The notes beneath the pieces were generated by a model, which did not search any database, was not told where the DNA came from, and worked only from the letters and a program-made list of their open reading frames with translations. The position numbers and the translations under genes were made by a program. From Gekko japonicus (Eukaryota), in the NCBI RefSeq assembly GCF_001447785.1, contig NW_015169795.1:593327-657326 (forward strand): DNA of 64,000 nt, written 5' to 3'. Shown piece after piece: positions 24,426 through 38,028 of the stretch (position 1 is its first letter; each line of letters opens with the position of its first letter).

Positions 24426-24794
24426 TATGCCAATTTATTGGACTTACAAAAGGGGCAGTGATGTGAATATTTACGAAATTGAGATTCTAGGTTATCCCAA
24501 GGCAGCAAGTCTTATATAGGCACAAAAACTTAGTTAAAGGAAGGAAAATGACCCTTCTGTACTTCTGACTGTGGGAAAAATGACCAGGGGGAGGAGGGCA
24601 CTATAACATGACACATAAATCGGTTACAGGGCTGTTAGTTATTTGCAGAACTAAACAGAATGTAGCAGCACCTTAAAGATGAATATTTATTCCAGTATGA
24701 GCTTGAATGAGTCACCCTTCAGAGTGCTAGATGGTAAGATACATTCAAGGCTGCAATACTATTCACAATTATATAATACTCAAGACTTGGGACT

Positions 24795-25055
24795 TGGTCT
24801 AGTAGTTAAGAGTGGTGGACTCTAATCTGGGGAACCAGGTTTGATTCCGCACTCCTCCTCCACATGCCGCCACTGCCAGCTGGGTGACCTTGGGCCAGTC
24901 ACAGTTCTCGTAGAGCTGTTCTCTCAAGAGCAGTTCTCAGAGCTCTCTCAGCCCCAGCTACCTCACATAGGTGTCTGTTGTGAGGAGAGGAAGGGAAGGA
25001 GACTGCAAGCTGCTCTGAGACTTCGAGTGAAGGGCGGGGTATAAAGCCAATCTTC
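24795..25055 (+). mobile_element. Squam3-like SINE
   Basis: Homology to the other copies. Confidence 0.8.
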
Positions 25056-25153
25056 TGAGAAAATATGCTTACAATCAGACTGGTCCAGCCCTCCAATTGG
25101 GTGATGAACAAATTGGCCCTTGGGGCAAACCCCATCAGGGAAAGGTGAGTGTT

Positions 25154-26406
25154 TAAGAACATAAGAGACGCCAATGTTGGATCAGGCCAAAGGCCCATCC
25201 AGTCCAACACTCTGTGTCACACAGTGGCCAGAAATACCAGGTGCCATCAGGAGGTCCAGCAGTGGGGCCAGGACACTAGAAGCCCTCCCACTGTTGACCC
25301 CCCCCAAGCACCAAGAAGACAGAGCATCACTTGCCCCAGAACCCCTATCTATACCTTGTGGCTAATAGCCACTGATGGACCTCTGCTCCATATGCTTATC
25401 TAATTCCCTTTTGAAGCCGTCCATGCTTGTAGCCGCCACCATCTCCTGTGGCAGTGAATTCCATGTGTTAATCACTCTTTGGGTGAAGAAGTACTTCCTT
25501 TTATCCGTTCTAACCCGACCGCTCAGCAATTTCATGGAGTGCCCACGAGTTCTTGTATTGTGAGAAAGGGAGAAAAGTACTTCTTTCTCTACCTGCTCTA
25601 TCCCATGCATAACCTTATAAACCTCAATCATGTCTCCCTTCAGTCGTCTTTTCTCCAAGCTACAGAGCCCTAAGCTCTTTAACCTTTCCCCATAGGGAAA
25701 GTGTTCCAACCCTTTAATCATTCGAGTTGCCCTTTTCTGCACTTTTTCCAAAGCTATAATATCCTTTTTAAGGTGTGGTGGCCAGAACTGCACACAGTAT
25801 TCCAAATGAGGTCGCACCATTGATTTATATAGGGGCATTATGATATTCACTGATCTGTTTTCAATAGCCATCCTAATAATCCCCAGCATAGCATTGGCCT
25901 TTTTTATTGCAGTCACACACTGTCTCGACATTTTCAGTGACTTATCTACTAAAACTCCAACATCTCTCTCTTGATCAGTCTCTGCCAGTTCAGACCCCAT
26001 CAGTGTGTATTTATGTTTAGGATTTTTGGCTCCAATGTGCATCACCTTGCACTTGGCCACATTGAACCCTATTTGCCATGTTGACGCCCGCTTGCCCATC
26101 CTTGACAGATCCCTTTGGAGTGCCTCACAATCCTCACTGGTTTTCACCACCCTGAACAACTTCGTATCATCCGCAAATTTAGCCACTTCACTGCTTACTC
26201 CCAACTCCAAATCATTAATGAACAAGTTAAAAAGCAGTGGACCAAGTACTGATCCCTGCGGTACCCCACTGCTTACCACCCTCCACTGAGAAAATTGTCC
26301 ATTTATACTCACTCTCTGTTTTCTATTAATTAGCCAAATTTTGATCCGTAAAAGGAGTTGTCCTTTTATCCCATGATTTTTGAGCTTACTTAGGAGCCTT
26401 TCATGA
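25154..26406 (-). mobile_element. 5'-truncated young CR1 LINE with uninterrupted RT C-terminal frame (25362-26405)
   Basis: GVPQGSVLGPLLF, KFADDTKL, RPHLEYC motifs; 3' UTR and CTTATGTTCTTA tail. Confidence 0.95.
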
Positions 26407-27106
26407 GCAGAACTTCACTGGCTGCACTGGGCTCTCTTAAATCATCTGTCACAATAAAGCTGTAAAACTGCCAGGAGCCAGCTTGGGTCACCATTGAAAC
26501 CTGGTACCTGGGGTTGTCAGGCCCTGAAGTCTAAAACAGAACATAATTTGATACGTCAGATACATTATCTCCATTACACATCATGACAAAAAATGAAAGC
26601 ATGATAGATGTTGCAGGTTTGTGTGACTGGTGGGAATATGGATTGAAACTCCTTGGAGCTATTGTGTGCTTAGAAGAAATTGGAAGTAGGGGGCCCTATC
26701 TGGACCTCAACTTATTTAAGGGCTGCTTTGCCCTTACTGTCTCGTGGAAACGATTGTTTTGTTTATCTGTATTTAGAATGTGGCTTAGATAATAGGAAAA
26801 TATTACTTGTATTACTTGTATTTGTAGCTGGCCCCAATATGTAGGATGGCTGCACATCTCAACTCCCTCCTTCCCCACAAAATAATCCATGTTTTCATTA
26901 TTCAGCCGTTCAATGAACATGTATTTCTGATATTCTCTATGAAAAGACAGAAGGAAATCATCCATATTATGGATTCCCATTTTGTGGAACAAAATACCCT
27001 TTTTAAAGGCTATGTCAGTTCCACTGTATCAGCACTCATAACGAGTGATCTTGCTCTGTTCTGATCTTGTCATATAGCTTGCTAACAATTTTTTTTTTAA
27101 TTCAAG

Positions 27107-27269
27107 GTTGAAGCTGATAGTGTTCTTATTAAGAAATCTGAAGATCGAGATGCTACATATGACTTCATAAAGGCCAGCAAAGTTCTGATGAACAGAAATG
27201 CAGCAGACCTTGGAAAAATAAGAGACGTTTTTGAGAAATACGGATACAAGCCCATTATTAGGGAAGCAG
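27107..27269 (+). CDS. SKA3: SKA3 coding exon 3
   Basis: VEADSVLIKK...DFIKASKVLMNRNAADLGKIRDVFEKYGYKP vs human [31 protein letters not shown]; canonical AG/GT. Confidence 0.95.
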
Positions 27270-28321
27270 GTAATTTTTTTTCTTTCCCAGTCTAGAAGGT
27301 TTGGCAACATCTAGATATCATCATTTTATTTTGTATCCAAAAATTGTCCAGAAAACTCCCCCATCCCCAGGTTCCTTAAACTGACTGAGATCTGGTTTTC
27401 CATGGTAGTTTTTTAGTGTTTCTGTTTTATGCCAGGTTAGTTTTGCATGCTGTATAAACACCTCTGTTTTTTCCCCAGTAACCTAAAATATTTGACTAGC
27501 AAAAAAAATCAGGACGGTGTACCTAATGTATTTTGAATCTTATGTCTCAAGTTTTACCTGGAATTATGGGGTAGATTCACTCATTCCCTTCTAATGCCAA
27601 GGTATCTTCTTCCTGTTCCTTATAGCTTGACTTCCTTCCATTGGGGGAATGTTTCTCAGGCAAATTGAGTCATTTGATTCAATTGTACTTTATGCTTAAA
27701 GACATGATGGCTCAATAGTCTTTTTTTGCCTTACAGTGTATAATTTTTTCCTTTACGACGTTAAAAAATGTTTCTCCTGATTCTAGGGCTAGGGAAAGCT
27801 TTGCACAACAAGTCACTTTTGTCCGCTCATATCTAAAAAGTTAAAATCCCATTAAACTGCAAGCTCTAATATAAACAGAGGTTTGTTTGCACTGAGTATG
27901 GTCCCAGCTTGTTTGCTGTGTTCATGTAATGCCATCCCCTGACTACTTCTACTACCCCCTCCCCCTTATCTACAGAGCTTCCTGGTTTGATGGTCACAGG
28001 AAATAGAAGGTTGATCAGATTGTAAAATGTCAACCTCTACAGGTAAGAGAAGGAGACATTCAGAGGAATACACATTCCAACAGCTGTGTTCAGTGTATTG
28101 GTGCAGTGTATTCAGATGTCACAAGAAATTGTAGCCTGTCATTCCAAGAATGAACCTTGGAAGACTTTTGGGAGGAGGCAGCATGCATGCTCAGGCCATG
28201 CTCCTGATACCTGGATTCTGGGAATCCAGTTATCCAGTTAAGACTGAAGCAACTGCATTCTTTTAAATAGTTTATAGGCTGAGAAACAGCACAAATTCAA
28301 GCCTCTCTTTTTTAAATAAAG

Positions 28322-28673
28322 CAACAAAAGATGAAGCTGAAACTGATCCTGAACCTGCCAAGTCTGATCAAGAGGAACTGAAAAACCTTGCTTGCCCTGA
28401 AGATTCTTCCAGACCTGATCCTCTGGTGCGAATTCCACAACTTTCAGATTTTGGGCTTTCAAAATATGCTCTCCCCAGTACTTGGAACACTGTGAATATA
28501 TTACAACAAGCCCATGTACAGAAGGAACAGCCAAGAGAGGATTATTCTGGTTGCCCATCACCCAAGATAGAACAGTTCTGTATTAAAGGGCGTGACCTTT
28601 CTGTGGACAATGACACTGTATATTTGACAGAAGACCAAACAATCTTCTTGCTCAATAATGCAAAAAAAAGTAG
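28322..28673 (+). CDS. SKA3: SKA3 coding exon 4
   Basis: Open in phase; contains PQLSDFGLSKY and SPKIEQF...YLTEDQT motifs of SKA3; donor ag|gtaagt. Confidence 0.92.
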
Positions 28674-28849
28674 GTAAGTAGCATCCTTTTGAAACTCTGT
28701 GAGAAATGACGACTAGATGTTCTTACTACCTTATTTTACTTTCTGCCCTTAATGTGTAGGTTCATTGTTGTGTTTCCAAACATTAAAATAGTGTCTAAGC
28801 TACATATATGTGTAAACTACAAATATATGTACAATGTTTAAAACAAATC

Positions 28850-31800
28850 ACAAAAACACACAAGCAGATAGGAGGGCTTGCAGAGGTCAGCAATAGAAGG
28901 AGACAAATTTCCCGGGGGATGGAGTTTCAGAGTTTTTGAACTTCAATCAGGAAGGCCCTTTCTCACATTGCCCCCTGGCTATCCTCTGACTGGAATGGCT
29001 GGGTAGATTCATATGCGAGTTGACAGTCCTCGAGGCATGCTGGCCCAAAGCTGTATAAGACTTTAAAGGTTAATAACAGCACCTTGAATTGGGCCTGGAA
29101 GCAAGCTGGAAACCAGAGTAGACGGAACAAAACTGGATTGGTATGGTTTGTATAACCCACTTTTGGCTGCAGCATTCTGTACCAACAGTAGCTTCTGGAC
29201 AGTCTTCATGGGCAGCCCCATGCAGAGTGTGCTGTAGTAGTCTGATCTAGATGTTACTAGGGTATGCGTCACAGTGGCAAGATCTTTTTTGCCAAGAAAG
29301 GGCCACAGCTGGCTCACCAGCCAAACCTGGTAAATAGTGCCCCTGGCTGCTGCTGCCACCTGTTTCTCTAACGAACCTGCTTCTTCAAGTGGTATGCAAC
29401 CCCATCCAGAACAGGAAATATCCCAGTTCCTGGGTCAAACCTTCCCCCTACCAGTAGCACTTCTGTTTTGTCAGGATAGTTTCCACTTGTTGGCCCTCCT
29501 CTTCCATCCCAGAACTGCCTCAAGGCACATATTCATGGTTTTTTAGGGAGGGGGGGAAGGGAGAGGAAAGATATATAGGTAGATATATTAGAAAACAAAG
29601 TAATAGTATAGAGGGGATACAAAAAGGAGAAGAGGTATTGTTAGCCAAATTGCCTTAATTTATTAATAAGATGGGGGGATTTGAATATTAAATGGCAATG
29701 GCTTTAATTAAGGAAACAATAATGTATGTATACTGGAGTCCAACTTATCCAGATCCCCAGAAATAGATGCAGAGACTAGATCTTAAAATAGAGTGATTTT
29801 TTTACTAATAATTCTCACACACGTACAATAATAATGAAACAATCATACACTCCAGTAATACAGAACTAAGAAGTTAGATAAAAAGGTACAGCAACAGTTG
29901 CATTAGGAGAAAGGTATCATTTATGGGGGCGATACTTTACCTGTCCGATGCGACGAGGCAATCATGCAGCAAAAATAGGGAAAGTACTAGGGAAGGGATC
30001 ATGTGTTGGCCAGCAATGCACATGGAAGACTCCAAACAGCGCTAAGAATGGAGCCAGCAAGATAGAGTAGGGTTAGGTAGGTAGGAAGGAAGCAAGAGAG
30101 AGAGTATGCACAATGGAGAGATGCTCTCTTTTTATACCCTAAAATGACTGGGAGGGGGATGCTTCACCAGTCACATAGTCCCCAGGAAATCTAGAAAAAT
30201 TCAGTTACTAATGGTCAGGAGGATGGGTTTAATGGTTGGGCAATTGCAATAATATTCAACTAATGGTGACACCCATGGATGGACCGTAATGGCCCAACGA
30301 TCAACAGCTGCGTTATCAGGATGGGTGGTGGGTGGACAGGACAGCTGCTTAATCCTCTCATGGAGGAAGTCCTTTTGTTTACAATGAAGAGTATGTGCAA
30401 CCTCTAGCGCAGGTGGGGGGGAGGTGCCTGCGTGATGGAGAGGAAGCCTTTCTATGAAGTCTTTACAGGAATGCTCAGGCTTTCTTTGCAGAGCATGGCT
30501 CCTTCTTAGTGAACTGCTGCTGGTTTCTGCGTACTTGTAGTGTCAGGGAGGTTGGTTTGCCTCCTGCAGGGATGCAGGGGTGAGAGGCATCGGGTATTCC
30601 ACGGGTCCATGTCTGGCTTGGCACATTGCTTCAGGGCAAGGCTGCCCTTGGCTGGTCATGTGCCTACAGTCCAGGAGATTGGCGCCATCTTCTGGCTACC
30701 ACACAGTCCAATACCCTTGCATACTTGTTGTACAGTCCAGCTTACAGTTATAGTCCATAGCCTTATAGATGCTGTGCAAGGCTCTTGCAGAGCAACAGCA
30801 TTATATAATTGTATGTATCAAGGATAATCGTATATTACAGAGTGTATAAAAGAGAAAATATTTCTCCCCAACATCCCCTTTGTTATAATTTTCAAGACAT
30901 TATCTATAAAACACAATGGTCCTTACTTCTGTTGGGGTGCTTAAATTTCATAACTGATCTGTTTTGCAACTACATTATTAGTTTCATCATTACCACATAT
31001 TCAGTATTAAATATTTCACCATTTCTGCATACTCGCTATAACTTTTAATACGTCCAAATAAAAGGAAAGTCTATTATACATCTCATAATAAGAAAATAAG
31101 ATATTTCTGCTCAAAATCCACTTCATTATACATGTATATTTCACACTTGTCATTCTGCCTCTGCATTGCAATACATTTATATACAATTTTTAAACTCTCA
31201 TTCTAAATTTGTCTCCTGTTTGCATATAATACATGCTCCATCTCTCCTCAAATTTCGTGATTGATCTGTTTCTCAGATGGGTTATACTCTGCCCTTCACT
31301 ACCCAAAGAGTCTCAGAGTGGCTTACAATCTCCTTTCTCTTCCCCTTCCCACAACAGATACCCTGTGAGGTAGGTGGGCGCTGAGAGAGCTCTTTGGAGA
31401 ACTGCCCTTGAGAGAACAGTTCTGAAAGAACTTATGACTGATCCAAGGTCACACCAGCAGCTGCATGTGGAGGAGTGGGGAATCAAACCTGGTTTTCCCA
31501 GATGAGAGTCCGCGCTCCTAACCACTACACCAAACTGGCCTAACTCTCTTTTTTTGTAATCTTAAAGCTTATTCTTGGTTTCTTGCCATTCCAAATAAAT
31601 TTGTTTATCTGTCTTTGCCCACTCTATCAATATTCTTTCTTTTATATGTATAGGTAGCATTTGGAATAAAAGATTTAGTTTTGGCAGGTCGTTCATTTTG
31701 ATTGCAGAAATTCTTCCCAGCCATGAGATTTTTAATTTTCTTCCATCTCTATAAATCTGCTTGTATCAGTTTCCAGGTTTTCTGATAATTGTTTCTAAAA

Positions 31801-32300
31801 AGATTACAGTTTTGCCCCAGTCACCTTTATTCCCAGATATTTAATGGGATCGGTAGCTAGACATGCTAATGGTTTTCACAGCACCCGTGGGATCTGCTTG
31901 AAGCACAAGATAGAGCTGAGTGTCATCTGCGTATTGGTGACCACTCAGCCTACATCTTCAGATGACCTCTGCCAGCAGCTTTACACAGATGCTGAAAAGC
32001 ATGGGAAACAAGATGGTGCCTTGTGGGACTTGGTAGGTTAGAGAGCTATAGCAGCAGCCCCCAAGCAGTATGCTTTGAAACCTTCCCTTAAAGATAGGAC
32101 CAAAACCACTGCAAAACAATGCCCCCAAGTTCCAACCCCGAGAGGCAGTCTGGAAGGACACCGTGACCAATGGTATTGAAAGCTGCTGTGAATTAACAGG
32201 ATTGCTGTCCCCCTATTCATTTCCTGGTAGAGGTCATTTATCAAGGGTGTTTCATCACATAGCCAATATTGAAGGCAGATTGGAACAGATCTAGACAATC
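28850..32300 (-). mobile_element. Nested cluster: decayed L2 (28850-29520 and 31815-32300) split by an LTR-like element, a SINE (31265-31540) and an L1 fragment (31540-31815)
   Basis: L2 motifs LATVTHTLVTSRSDY..LVQNAAA and VPQGTILFPMLF; L1 motif SWLGRISAIKMNDLPKLNLLFQMLPI. Confidence 0.75.
29731..30873 (-). mobile_element. Probable LTR (~1.14 kb)
   Basis: Minus strand begins TGTTGGGGAG preceded by purine tract AAAGGGGA; TATAAAAA near 30130; AGTAAA near 29800; no TSD found. Confidence 0.45.
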
Positions 32301-32649
32301 TGCTTCATGCAGGTATCCCTGGTGTTACCCATGTGTAAATGTTTAGTGGGGAAAGGATGAGATGAGACTGCTGCAACAACATCAGAAGAATATACTTTTA
32401 AAGAAATAGCTACTGCTTCTTGTCTGTCTGTCATGCCATCTCCTCATTCCAACTGATCCACAGGAAGAAAGGGAAAGGAGATGTAAAGATCACAACCTTT
32501 TTACAGACCTACAACACTGGACAAGCTCTTCGAACATGGCTTGCTACATCATGAAGAAAATCTGGTCTTCAGGAACACAAATGCAGTATCCTTTCACTTA
32601 TGTCATCGACTCATTCGTAGCCATGACAATATTTTTGTCTTTTCCTCAG

Positions 32650-32735
32650 GCAAGCTAATAAGATGGATAAGCCATCAGGAGTACTGGCATCAAAAGAGAA
32701 CCCAGCTACACCGGGGCAAAAGAGTAAAGTGTGTG
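32650..32735 (+). CDS. SKA3: SKA3 coding exon 5
   Basis: 86 nt, tttcctcag|...|gtaagt; phases link exons 4 and 6; QANKMDKPSGVLASKENPATPGQKSKVC. Confidence 0.8.
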
Positions 32736-33324
32736 GTAAGTCCTGGGTATTCAAAATGGGCTCCTTAAACCTTGAAAGAGCCATTCAAAAGTAGAAATAA
32801 AAATCTGATTACATTTAAACAAGCTGAGTTGTGTGGGGGGGGGTGTTGCAACTAGGCTAAACAAAACCTGAGGTAAAGAAGAAATTTTATTACTATTAGG
32901 AGCATCCTAGAAATGCTGCTTTTTGTTACCATGATGTTCAGAGGTATACTGAGGGCCAAACTAGAAGTGATGGTGTTCTCGTGTCTGACCACAAGGACAC
33001 TGCTGCCATTTTAAGGTCTAAAATGTACAATTTAAACATGCTCCAGGGGCCTGCAGCACAGCAGGGTGAGTCATTCTTGTGTGTGCCACCCCCCAGCACC
33101 TTTCAAGTGCCAAAAGGGCCACTGTTAACCAATTGTAAAAAAAACTTTTAGGCAAAACTGAGAAGCTTCCCATGTGTTCTGACTGAAAACTGAAATCTGG
33201 CAAATAAGGGAGCCATCACAGAATGATGGACCTCGGGCCTATGTTTTTGATATCCTTATGCCTAACATTTCTAAACCTTGAACTGTGCCCTCCCTGTGTG
33301 AAATTACCACTCTATCTTTTTCAG

Positions 33325-33500
33325 ATTATGATTATATGGCTTCACCTGCAGCGCCCACTTTCTGTACACCTGGATTGAAAGTTCCCTCTAGGAAGAATAC
33401 CACTTTACCAAAATCCCCAGAGAGTAACCTGTCAGACGCGTCTAATAATACAGATGAAGTTACCCATCCAGACCCTCAGTCTCTGGGAAAAGAGCCTGAA
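33325..33500 (+). CDS. SKA3: SKA3 coding exon 6
   Basis: DYDYMASPAAPTFCTPGLKVPSRKN vs human SPLVPTFCTPGLKIPSTKN; donor gaa|gtaagc. Confidence 0.9.
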
Positions 33501-33677
33501 GTAAGCACCAAACAACCTCTTTTTTTTAATGTTTTGAGTGTCACAGTTAGATCTCCCATCCTATTACTGCATTGAGACGGTGTCTCAGTGGTGATGATGA
33601 TCTGAATCATATTTCACTTTCTAAGTGTGGTACTGAGTCTCCGTGTTCCTGTTGCTGACATAGTGATTCTTCTACAG

Positions 33678-33869
33678 CCACCGTATGTAATCCAGATGGT
33701 ACCAAATAAAGGGTACGTGGAAGAAGCTGTTGCGCCTGTCCTGCCCTCAAACACGTATCTGGACTGTCTTAAAACACCTGCTCCTCCTGCCATATCGGAC
33801 TACAGAAACATATTTACCACTCCTCCGCCAGCTCCTGAAATAACTGTCATTCCAACACAAATTCTGCAG
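33678..33869 (+). CDS. SKA3: SKA3 coding exon 7
   Basis: PAPPAISDYRNIFTTPPPAPEITVIPTQILQ vs human [30 protein letters not shown]; canonical sites. Confidence 0.9.
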
Positions 33870-34020
33870 GTGAGATAATTACACTCTTCTGCAGCCAGGG
33901 CTGTAACTCTGCATTTTTGCTAGGGGTTCTTTGCCTGTTGACATGGGTGGAGGGGAACTGGCAACTGCTCTAAGCTAGAAACAGCCACACTTTCCTAATT
34001 TTTCTTCTACATTTTTTTAG

Positions 34021-34148
34021 ATTTTATCAAAATACAGCTCAAACACAGACCCACCCAGAGTCACAGAGAAGGTGAAAAATGAAGGAATGGCCACACAATT
34101 TGAAAGAAGGCCTGCTCTTGCTCTTGATATTAGTAACAAAGAAAACAG
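34021..34148 (+). CDS. SKA3: SKA3 coding exon 8
   Basis: ILSKYSSN...DISNKEN vs human LLSKYNSN...DVSNKEN; donor ag|gtgaga. Confidence 0.92.
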
Positions 34149-35461
34149 GTGAGACTTAAGCATGGGAATAGCACGCTTGGAGCCAGAAGCGTAATGGAAA
34201 TAGTATAGTACTACATATGTTGGCAATTGGACACACACACCCCTTTGCTTGAATGTCTAGGAACTTGCTTTTTTTGCACTTGAATAGAGAGCAGCCTGTC
34301 CTATCTGTATCTGTCCCATGGTAGACTCTGTCCATCGACTAAAGCATTGTTTCCCAACACGTGGGTTGAGACCAAAGAGCGGGTTGTAGGACAACCCCTT
34401 CTTAATGGCTGCTCCTGCTCTTTGCATTGCCAACTTATCATATTCTTCCATTTCCCCTCCCACATGTAAAAATAATGAGGGCAGAAAAGCCATCAGGTTT
34501 TTGGAAACAGTGCAGGGGGTGGAGATAGGAGCTGCAGAGCTGATTAGGACTGGATCCCTGCAGCAGATTTTAAAAGTAAAAAAAAAACCCAGGCTCTAAA
34601 ATGGTGCTGCATTCCCATGGCAGACTTGGGGATGCAGTTTTGCCTAGTTTGGCCCTTAGACAGATCAGTAATGTGTGGGTGAAATCTTTCCTCTTATCGC
34701 AGTGCAGTCATGATGAATGTATACACTTCAACCACTCTGAATGTGATTAAAGATGGCATAAGGCTCAGCATTAAGCAGTTTTGAGCAAATAACTGTTGAG
34801 TAGCACCGTCGTTCTTGCCCAGTGGTAAAAGAACCACGTCTGTCTTCTAAGTTTAGATGGAAGCCAGGAGTCCTTTCACATCTTATACCATGCTTGGCCC
34901 CTTTCACTGTACTGAGGTTGAAGACTAGACCATTTAACCTGCATTAATATTTCTGCTTTGTAGAGAAAAGAGCATAAACTGTCATGAGTGATGAATGTAA
35001 CCAATTGTGCTCTCTCAGTGAGCAAAATGTTACATTTGCCTACAAATGTTAGGTATATGCATTTTCCTGTGCAGAGCAGGGAAATCATCATTGTGTGAAG
35101 TCGCTGCTAGAAGAACCAACTTCAGTGCTTAATTTGAGGCAAGGCCTTTATTTTGGAAACCAAGCCCTGACCCTGAGAATGCAATCTTTATGTCATACAG
35201 TAATTGGTACTTCAGAGCATATGCAAGTTGATTGATAACCATTTATCAGAGCGACTGTCTGAGAATCTTAGAGGGGATTAGAGGTATTAATAAAGGGAGG
35301 GAGATCAAAGGCTTAAATGTAACCTCTATATGCAAGGCTTTGTACTTGCGTGGGGTTCATAGTCGAGGGCAGTGGTGCCTTGTGTGATGTTTGTTAGTTT
35401 CTCAGAACATCTTTTTGGTTGCTGTAGAAAATGGACTGCTGGACTACATGGGCAGCAAGGT

Positions 35462-35726
35462 CACAGTTTGCCTAGGGGTGCCAAAAAAAAACTTGGTTGG
35501 CCCTAGAGGGGGGTCACCATACCAGAAAGTAAATTTAGACTTCAGAGTCACCATACCAGAAATTTTGGAAACTGCTGAAGTGAAAGCATAGGCACACAGT
35601 TTGCCTAGGGGTGCCAAAAAAAACCTTGGTTGGCCCTAGAGGGGGGTCACCGTACCAGAAAGTAAATTTAGACTTCAGGGTCACCATACCAGAAATGTTG
35701 GAAACTGCTGAAGTGAAAGCATAGGC
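35462..35726. repeat. Tandem duplication, 2 x 133 bp
   Basis: Units start at 35462 and 35595 with only a few mismatches. Confidence 0.95.
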
Positions 35727-37341
35727 TCTGGTAATTCTCCAGCCACAGCTGTCACAAATCTGGATGGGTTAGGAGCTCTTGTGAATATATCATTTAAGTA
35801 TCATATGAAATCTACCCCTGGGGAAGGGGTGGAGATGAGAGCCAGGACTAAGATGTAGCCAGTGTAGAATCTCCTAATTCAAATTGATACTAATCTGTTG
35901 ATCTACATGCCTTCCAGGAAAGGGTGGATACAAGTGGCACTTCTAAGGCATCCTTTAAAATAAGAGATGGTTACAAAATGTCTACACATGCAGGAAAACT
36001 TTAAAAAATGTCACTTTGAACATAGTCCCAAGACTTCAATGTAACCTATTCTATTTACATTTCCAGTGAGTATTGTGGATAACTCTTAACACAGAGCCTA
36101 AATTTTTGTCTGGATTGTCGCATTCAAGGATGCTTTTCACTTTGGACAGCTCAAGAAATGGAATAGAAAACTACGTGGCAAAAGACAAGAACATAGAACT
36201 TTTGCATAAATGATTGGCCCCAGGTTGAACAAAATACCCTCTCTTCAAATTTGGTAGTAGCTAGTCAGAAAACTAGCCAACATCTCTACACTTTATGATG
36301 TCACTGGCAACTAACTTCCTTGGCATGTTTGAAAGAAACGGACTTATACTCAAATCACTTATTCTCCCTGATCGTTTCTTAATCATTGTCAACCAGTTTT
36401 CTGTCTCTTATTAAAAGTTATATCGGCCTACCACAATGCCTTCGGGCAGCATCTGTTGCATAGCAAGAGCCCTATTATCCACTAAGAGAAAAAATTCTAT
36501 AATGGCCTGGGCCTTAAAAGAAACAGAATGTTTTTTCTGCCTACCCAAACCTGTGTAAGCCTTTACAATTATGGTATTATTAGAAGGTATTATTGCAACC
36601 CTTGCATACTAGGTCCCAGGCTGGAAATGCTGTCCTCTAGAGGAAGGTGCTTATCTGCACAGAGGCTGGGTGAGTCGTTGCCTGGCAACTGGGGGTGTGG
36701 GGGTGAACTCCAAATAAGAATCTGAAGTGTTTTCTCATGAAGCAGCAGAAAAATGTTGTGGAAAAAGAATTGCAGAGAAGAAGGGCAGCTGGCAGAAGAG
36801 CAGCCATCTTCTTGGGAGGGCCTTTGACACGGAGTTTATGGGACTTCCGCTCCTGCTGTGAGGAAAAAGTGGTTTTCCAGTCTGTGAAGAACAGAGACAT
36901 CGCCTGACACTCAAGCCTGCCTGAATGCATGAGTTGCAGCCCAAAGACATTTTACTAAATTGTTTTTGATATTGCTGTTATCCGCCTTGGGTCCTAGGGT
37001 GCCTGGGAGAAAGGTGGGTATATATTTTAAATGAACACAAATTTTAGAACAACAAATGTGTGAAAAGGGAATGAATGAGCAAAGAGCTTACAAACAGGTT
37101 TGATAAGCCAATACTCCACATTTACTTCTTTTTTTATCTTTAAAAAAGAAACCATCACAAGAGACATGGAAAACATATTTTCTTGCAGTGGTCACTGAAG
37201 AATAATGGTAGGATATTTTAAAAAAACAGAATACTGTGAAGGATCTTTTAAGAGAAGACAGCCTGATGAATGGTCTTTAATGCAGGCTTCAACTTGTTTA
37301 AGCATGGGAGCTTTTAACTAATTTTCTCCTTTTTATTACAG

Positions 37342-37372
37342 GGAGTTCAGTGCTTCAGTTTTATGTGAATAA
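37342..37372 (+). CDS. SKA3: Candidate SKA3 terminal coding exon (REFSASVLCE*)
   Basis: Strong acceptor ttttctcctttttattacag; phase compatible; gives a 1296-nt CDS (431 aa); no protein similarity support. Confidence 0.5.
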
Positions 37373-37777
37373 ATGTCATGTCCAAGGAAAGTGTCTTTAC
37401 AGCCAATTTTCTCTAAGGAAATTAGGCACCCACCTTCAGACTGACCTTGGTACTCCCAAGAAAGATTGTACTGTACAGATTCTTGGTGAACTGTTGGGAA
37501 AGGGATTGCTTGCATAGCTGTGCCTTGTCTAGCTACACGTTGCAGCTTTTCTATGGGACAGGGAAATAAAAGGTCTGAACACTTGCTCTTCTGAATCTAC
37601 TCCCTTAGGATGTGACTGATCATGCCTAAGCACATCTCTGGTACCTTCTATGCATACTAAAGGAAGGGCAAGAAAGAGACTCTTGATGGATAGGACAGGC
37701 CTGTTTATAGCTCTCACTGATGGCCATTGGCAATGTTATATAATGTAGAGTATGTGCTTGGATCACTAATATGTTGG

Positions 37778-38028
37778 GAGCCAGCTTGGTGTAGTGGTTA
37801 AGAGTGGTAGACTCTAATCTGGAGAACTGGGTTTGATTCCCCACTCCTCCTCCACATGAAGTCAGCTGGGTGACTTTAGGTCAGTCACAGTTCTCTCAGA
37901 AATCTCTCAGCCCCACTGACCTCAGAAGGTGCCTGTTGTGGGGAGAGGAAAGGAAGGCGATTGTAAGCTGCTCCAAGACTCCTTCGGGTAGTGAAGAATG
38001 GGGTTTTATAAAACCAGTTCTTTTTCTT
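37778..38028 (+). mobile_element. Squam3-like SINE
   Basis: Homology to the other copies. Confidence 0.8.

Noticed and set aside
25362-26312. 316-aa ORF as a host gene
   Set aside because: It is the CR1 reverse transcriptase C-terminus, 5'-truncated and without a start context
32464-32587. Extra SKA3 exon after the acceptor-like gatccacag
   Set aside because: No convincing donor or homology, and exons 4, 5 and 6 already join in frame without it
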